From NCBI GenBank assembly GCA_963828165.1, contig CAWHDR010000001.1, forward strand, positions 1,952,001 to 2,016,000: a stretch of 64,000 nucleotides of DNA. Reading direction: 5' to 3'. This DNA comes from an uncultured Chloroflexia bacterium (GTDB taxonomy: Bacteria; Chloroflexota; Limnocylindria; Limnocylindrales; CSP1-4). Shown here piece after piece: positions 57,446 through 64,000 of the stretch (positions within the stretch are counted from its first letter, which is position 1; each line of letters starts with the position of its first letter). The notes beneath the pieces were generated by a model. The model did not search any database. It had not been told where the DNA came from and saw only the letters and a list, made by a program, of their open reading frames with translations. A program made the position numbers and the translations under genes.

Positions 57446-58399
57446 ATGCCCGACTTCACCGAGCCACCGTGGAGCGACATCGCGGCCTTCGTCCGCGAGT
57501 CCCTGGTCCCGGTCCTCCTCATCGTCATCGTGACGATCGTCGCGATGCGGCTCGCGAGCCTGTTCGTGCACGGGATCGTCAAGGCCCTCCTCGACCGCGA
57601 GGCCACGGAAGGCACCGCCCAGGAGCTGAGCGCGGTCGAGCTCAAGAAGCGGATGGATACCCTCGACGGCCTGGGGGCGCACGCGATCCAGTTCTTCATC
57701 GTGGTCATCGCCGCGCTGATGGTGCTCGGGCAACTCGGCCTCGACATCGGGCCGGCGATCGCGGGCTTCGGGGTCATCGGCATCGCGGTGGGCTTCGGGG
57801 CGCAGACGCTCGTCCGTGACTACCTCAACGGCGCCCTGATCCTTCTCGAGAACCAGTTCTCGAAGGGCGATGTCGTGCGCCTCGCCGGCATCGACGGCAC
57901 GGTCGAGGACTTTAACCTGCGACGGACCACGGTGCGTGACCTCGACGGGGTCGTGCACACGGTCCCAAACGGGGAGATCAAGGTCGCCTCCAACCTGACG
58001 CGCGTGTGGGCCAGGATCAACCAGGACATCACGGTCGCCTACGGGACGGACATCGACAAGGTGATCGAGACCGTCGACAACGTGGGGCGCGAGTTCTCGT
58101 CCGATCCCGTCTGGAAGCGGCGGGTCCTCGAGACGCCCCGCGTCGAGCGGATCGAGGCCATCGGCGAGTACGGCGTGACGATCAAGATCCTGGGCTCGGT
58201 CCGGGCACCCGAGCAGTGGGCTGCCGGCGGGGAGTTCCGCAAACGACTCCTCACGGCGCTCGAGGCGAACGGCATCGAGATCCCGAGGCCACAGCGCGTG
58301 ATCCTTTCGCGCGACCCGTCCACTCTCGCCGCCGCCGGCCTGTCGGCCGCCGAGGTCGAGGGTGGACCCGACGACGACCCCCCGCTCGACGCCGACTGA
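57446..58399 (+). CDS. MscS-family mechanosensitive channel
   Basis: [31 protein letters not shown] and VPNGEI..ASN motifs. Confidence 0.93.
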   Translation: MPDFTEPPWSDIAAFVRESLVPVLLIVIVTIVAMRLASLFVHGIVKALLDREATEGTAQELSAVELKKRMDTLDGLGAHAIQFFIVVIAALMVLGQLGLDIGPAIAGFGVIGIAVGFGAQTLVRDYLNGALILLENQFSKGDVVRLAGIDGTVEDFNLRRTTVRDLDGVVHTVPNGEIKVASNLTRVWARINQDITVAYGTDIDKVIETVDNVGREFSSDPVWKRRVLETPRVERIEAIGEYGVTIKILGSVRAPEQWAAGGEFRKRLLTALEANGIEIPRPQRVILSRDPSTLAAAGLSAAEVEGGPDDDPPLDAD

Positions 58400-58487
58400 C
58401 GACCCCGCGAAAACCCCATCGCGCGGGCCCGTCGCCGCCCGCGGTACGATGGCTCGGCCAGCAGATCACTCGGAAAGGGTGCCTCCC

Positions 58488-60473
<1,986 letters not shown>

Positions 60474-60474
60474 C

Positions 60475-61119
60475 GTGCCATTCGACTTCCTCAAGCGGAA
60501 GAAGGACGGCGCCGGCGCGCACACCCAGATCGCCGGCGTCGGTGGCTCGGGCGTCCGCGGCGTGCCGTTCGACGGCCTCACGGACGAGTGGCGGATCGTC
60601 GGCGAGATGCACATCCCGGCCAGGCTGTCCGACGCGCTCAACAAGCGCGAGGCGGTCACGATCTCGGATGTGCGCTGGGCGCCCGTCGATGGGAGTGGGG
60701 AGCTGACGCCGGCGTCGGGTCTCAAGGCCGTCGATCCGTACGACCTGATCCTCGTGCTGGCCGGCGCCGCCACGCTGCCGCCGTTGACCGATGCCGAGCG
60801 GACCGCCTACAAGGTCCACAAGATCCCCTACGACGTGGCGCTCGAGGTGCCGCCCTACCGGGTGATCGGCACCGTCTACATGACCCCTGGATCCGAGCCC
60901 GACCGGCTGCTGGATCGGGCGACCGAGATGTTCTTCCCGGTCGTGGCGGCCACGGCGTTTCTCGGCGAGGCCCAGCTCGGGGACGAGATGGACGCGATCC
61001 TCGTCAATCGCTTCTATCTGCGCGGCCTCGAGCAGATCGACCGGCGGACCGGCGAACGCCCGCAGCCCCTGCCCGGCCAACCGCTCGGTGGCATCTCCTG
61101 GCGCGACAGGTCTCGATAG
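60475..61119 (+). CDS. hypothetical protein with two similar beta-rich modules
   Basis: GTG 1 nt after the acs stop; WRIVGEMH..RLSDALN and YRVIGTVY..PDRLL..FFPV..ILVNR segments. Confidence 0.7.
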   Translation: MPFDFLKRKKDGAGAHTQIAGVGGSGVRGVPFDGLTDEWRIVGEMHIPARLSDALNKREAVTISDVRWAPVDGSGELTPASGLKAVDPYDLILVLAGAATLPPLTDAERTAYKVHKIPYDVALEVPPYRVIGTVYMTPGSEPDRLLDRATEMFFPVVAATAFLGEAQLGDEMDAILVNRFYLRGLEQIDRRTGERPQPLPGQPLGGISWRDRSR

Positions 61120-61200
61120 GCCGGCGTTGCTCCGACGGCGACGTGTAACGGGCCGCGGCCAAGGCCACGACCCGTCGGTCCACAGGGAGAGCGCGCGAGG

Positions 61201-62430
61201 CTAGGCTCGGACGGCGACCTTCTGGCGGTTGAAGAGTCCGAACGCAGGCTTCGCGGCGGGGGCGGACACCGGCGTGCCCATGACCCGGTCGGCCAACGCG
61301 TCGAAGTCCTCGCTGATCTTCTCGCGCGGGAACATCTCGATGACGGTCCGGCCCTCGTTCGCCGCGCGAACGAAGAGCAGCCCACCGGAGCGGAGCAGGG
61401 CCAGCGATGGCATCCCGACGGTTCGCTCCATGTCGGCGACGGACACGCCACTGTTGGCTCGATTGATGACCAGGGCCAGGCGCTCGCGAAGGCCGAGCTC
61501 GGTCGCGAGATCCGCCAGTTGCACGGCCGCGCGGATGGCGGGCACGTCCGGGGTGACCGGCACGAGGATCCGGTCGGAGACCTCGAAGATCGCCTGATTG
61601 AGCGCGCCGTACGACGGATGCAGATCGATGACGATGTAATCGAAGCCGCGACGGGCGGCGTTGATCAACGCGGTGACGCGCGACGGCTCGAGGACCTCGT
61701 TGTTCAGCGGCGACGACGTGAGCGACACGACCCGCAGGCCGGATGAGTGCGCCGCGGCGAGATCCGCGAGCGTCTCGACCGGGCCGCCGTCGGGCTCGTC
61801 GCGCAGGCTGTCGACGACCGTCCGGACCTCGTTCATGCCCAGCGACGTCGTCACGTGTCCGGTCACGGTGTCCGCGTCGACCAGGAGGACGTTCTGGCCC
61901 TTGCGCATCTGGAGCGCCGAGGCCAGGTTCGTGGCGACCGTCGTCTTGCCGACGCCGCCCTTCGGATTGAAGACCGAGATGACCGTGGCCGGGTGCGACC
62001 AGCCGTCGGCCTCCAGCGGGCCACTCTGCAGTACCGGCCCTGAGCCGTCGTCGACGGTCTGGCTGCGGATGCACATGGCCTCGACCCGCCAGCGCAGGGA
62101 CTCGGCGGAGTAGGGGCGAGTGAAGTATTCGTCCTCGACACTGCCCGCGCCACCCGATCCGAGCTTGTCGAGCGTTCGGGGTGACACGACCATGAGCGCC
62201 GGGATCGCCCGGCCACCATCGCGCAGCAGACCGTAGAACTCGAGGGACTGGTCGAAGTCGGTCTCGCCGTCGAGGATGGCGACCGCGACGTCGCGATTGC
62301 CCGCCAGGAAGGCCTCGAGCTCATCGGGGTGGCTCACCGTCACGACGGTGAAGCCAGCTTCCCGGAGCTCAGCGGCGACCGGGACGGACTCCTCGGCCGG
62401 AAGCGATACGGCGACGCTTGGTCGAGCCAC
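61201..62430 (-). CDS. receiver-like domain plus MinD/ParA-type ATPase (CpaE/TadZ-like)
   Basis: Degenerate REC (AILDG; TRPY instead of KP); deviant Walker A PKGGVGKTT; LLVDAD, IVID and VINR motifs. Confidence 0.85.
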   Translation of the reverse strand: MARPSVAVSLPAEESVPVAAELREAGFTVVTVSHPDELEAFLAGNRDVAVAILDGETDFDQSLEFYGLLRDGGRAIPALMVVSPRTLDKLGSGGAGSVEDEYFTRPYSAESLRWRVEAMCIRSQTVDDGSGPVLQSGPLEADGWSHPATVISVFNPKGGVGKTTVATNLASALQMRKGQNVLLVDADTVTGHVTTSLGMNEVRTVVDSLRDEPDGGPVETLADLAAAHSSGLRVVSLTSSPLNNEVLEPSRVTALINAARRGFDYIVIDLHPSYGALNQAIFEVSDRILVPVTPDVPAIRAAVQLADLATELGLRERLALVINRANSGVSVADMERTVGMPSLALLRSGGLLFVRAANEGRTVIEMFPREKISEDFDALADRVMGTPVSAPAAKPAFGLFNRQKVAVRA

Positions 62431-62432
62431 GT

Positions 62433-63908
62433 TCAGCCTTCGGCTTCGGGATCTTTGGCGGTGACGGTCAGTTCGCCGTCGGCCTCGGCAGTCACGCGAG
62501 CCCCGAACCCGGGGAGGGTCGTGACGGCGTCCCGAAGGACGATGCCGGGGTCGTGGGCGACTGCGAAGAGGAACTCGCCGTCGGGGCCGGACGAAACGCC
62601 CACCGACTGGACCCCCGCGACCCGGGAGAGCTGGCGCTTGAAGCCGGCGATGCTCGCGACGCTGACCAGGCCGGTCACCACGACCCGGGTGGTCTGCCCC
62701 TCGGCTTCTGTGCTGTCGGCGTCCGGCACGAGTCCCGCGAGGCGGGCCGCCAGGGCGTCGTCGCCGATCACGGGGATCTCTTCTTCGGAGGAAGCGTCCT
62801 CGGAGTTGAAGACGGCGGCCTCGGCCTCAGCGGCATCGAAGTCGGGCGTCAGGCCCAGCGCGGTCACGCGCGGATCGATCGCGTCGACCTCATGCTCCGA
62901 CTCGATCGTGACGGTGTCCTCGTCCGACTGCTCGTCCGTGGCCACCGGTTCGGCTTCGGCTTCGGCGGGCTGCGCCTCGTCGGTCGCGGCCCAGTCGGTG
63001 GACCCGGGCGCGTCGACCGTCTCAGCGACGGCCTCGGCGGTATCGGCCGTGGCGTCGGGCGAGGGATCGACGAGGACCCCCTGCTCGGCGAGGGCCTCCT
63101 CGATCTGCGCGTACATGTCGTTCGCAGGCTCGGTGTCGGTCAGCGTCGCGAACTCGCCGTTCGACATCTCGTCCCAGGGCGGCGGCTCGGGCAGGCTCGC
63201 GGCCATCGCCGCGAAGCGAGTGGCGTCCTCTTCGGCGATAAGGCGCTGGAAGAACTCGGCCATCTCGGCCTCGAAGGCGTCGACACGTCGCTGGACGCGC
63301 TCGATGCGTCCTTCGATGTCGGCCGCATGGGCGTCGATCTCGCGCTCGAGGCGGGACTTGCGGTGGGTGATGCGCTCGTCGGTCTCCTCGCGAATTCGGG
63401 CGATCTCAGCCTTCGACCACTCGCGGATGGACGCGACGTCATCGTCGGCCTGCTTGCGCAACTCCGTCGCTTCGACGGCGGTCGCCGCATGGATCGACTC
63501 GATGTGGGCCTTGGCATCGGCGCTGAAGCGCGCGAGCGTGTCGGCCTTGGCGGTCTCCGCCGCACCCTGCATGGCGCGCGTCAGGTCGGCCATGAACTTG
63601 CTGGGCTTCGACCGGCTCGCGTTCGAGGCCCCCGTCGCGTCGGCGGGCGACGGGTCGGCGGATGCGGTCGCTTCGACCGGCGCGCTGTCCTCGATCGTGG
63701 TGTCCGCGGCCGGCCCGTCGTCGACGGCTGCCGCCTGGTCGGTTTCTGAAGGCGCTGCGTCGATCATGTCAGGTGCCTCGATCTCCTGGTCTGTGGTGAG
63801 GGCTGCGCCGACCGGCGCGTCACCGGTCATCTCGGCGCGGGCTTCGGACTCGTTTCGGTCCGCGCTCCACGGGAGACGGAAACCGGGCTTGGCATCGGTC
63901 GTGGCCAT
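62433..63908 (-). CDS. acidic coiled-coil protein with a C-terminal alpha/beta domain
   Basis: Ala/Glu/Asp-rich low-complexity ends; central heptad region (EATELRKQADDD...RVQRRVDAFEAEM); ends 2 bp before the ATPase start. Confidence 0.75.
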   Translation of the reverse strand: MATTDAKPGFRLPWSADRNESEARAEMTGDAPVGAALTTDQEIEAPDMIDAAPSETDQAAAVDDGPAADTTIEDSAPVEATASADPSPADATGASNASRSKPSKFMADLTRAMQGAAETAKADTLARFSADAKAHIESIHAATAVEATELRKQADDDVASIREWSKAEIARIREETDERITHRKSRLEREIDAHAADIEGRIERVQRRVDAFEAEMAEFFQRLIAEEDATRFAAMAASLPEPPPWDEMSNGEFATLTDTEPANDMYAQIEEALAEQGVLVDPSPDATADTAEAVAETVDAPGSTDWAATDEAQPAEAEAEPVATDEQSDEDTVTIESEHEVDAIDPRVTALGLTPDFDAAEAEAAVFNSEDASSEEEIPVIGDDALAARLAGLVPDADSTEAEGQTTRVVVTGLVSVASIAGFKRQLSRVAGVQSVGVSSGPDGEFLFAVAHDPGIVLRDAVTTLPGFGARVTAEADGELTVTAKDPEAEG

Positions 63909-64000
63909 GCGATGGGGTCCTCTGTCGGGTCTTGGGGTCTGGGGTTCTATCTAGGCGTGTCGGCATAGTGCCTCCGGGGTCTGGTCCGGTGGAGTCCGCT

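Overview
High-GC bacterial chromosomal window with about 54 CDS. I saw no rRNA, tRNA, CRISPR array or transposase. The gene set (LCP protein, PolX-PHP, no outer-membrane genes) suggests a monoderm, possibly Chloroflexota; this is an inference. Left to right: YidB-like gene, surE, AI-2E transporter, trpS and an MFS transporter; threonine genes (hom-thrC-thrB, ask); a tightly coupled birA-ECF sigma/anti-sigma-accDA(fused)-accB*-accC-fabZ-metallophosphoesterase-fabF-accB-fabH-fabG cluster; a ~15.6 kb LCP/Wzx/Wzy surface-glycan locus; two diguanylate cyclases; polX, a TPR/HIRAN-like gene, a DinB-like gene and a degenerate methyltransferase-nuclease fusion; DUF885; an IclR-associated amine-catabolism module; a tandem repeat beside an XRE-nuclease gene; mscS; acs; and a CpaE/MinD-like ATPase paired with a coiled-coil protein. 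Most notable: (1) a second BCCP paralogue lacking the biotin-accepting lysine (EAMK replaced by DMLG), sitting in the accB slot before accC and reminiscent of plant BADC regulators; (2) an apparently dead DNA methyltransferase fused to a restriction-like nuclease domain; (3) a Wzy-like polymerase fused to a GT4 glycosyltransferase; (4) pervasive leaderless-type TANNNT promoters. All calls come from reading motifs by eye; no searches were run.
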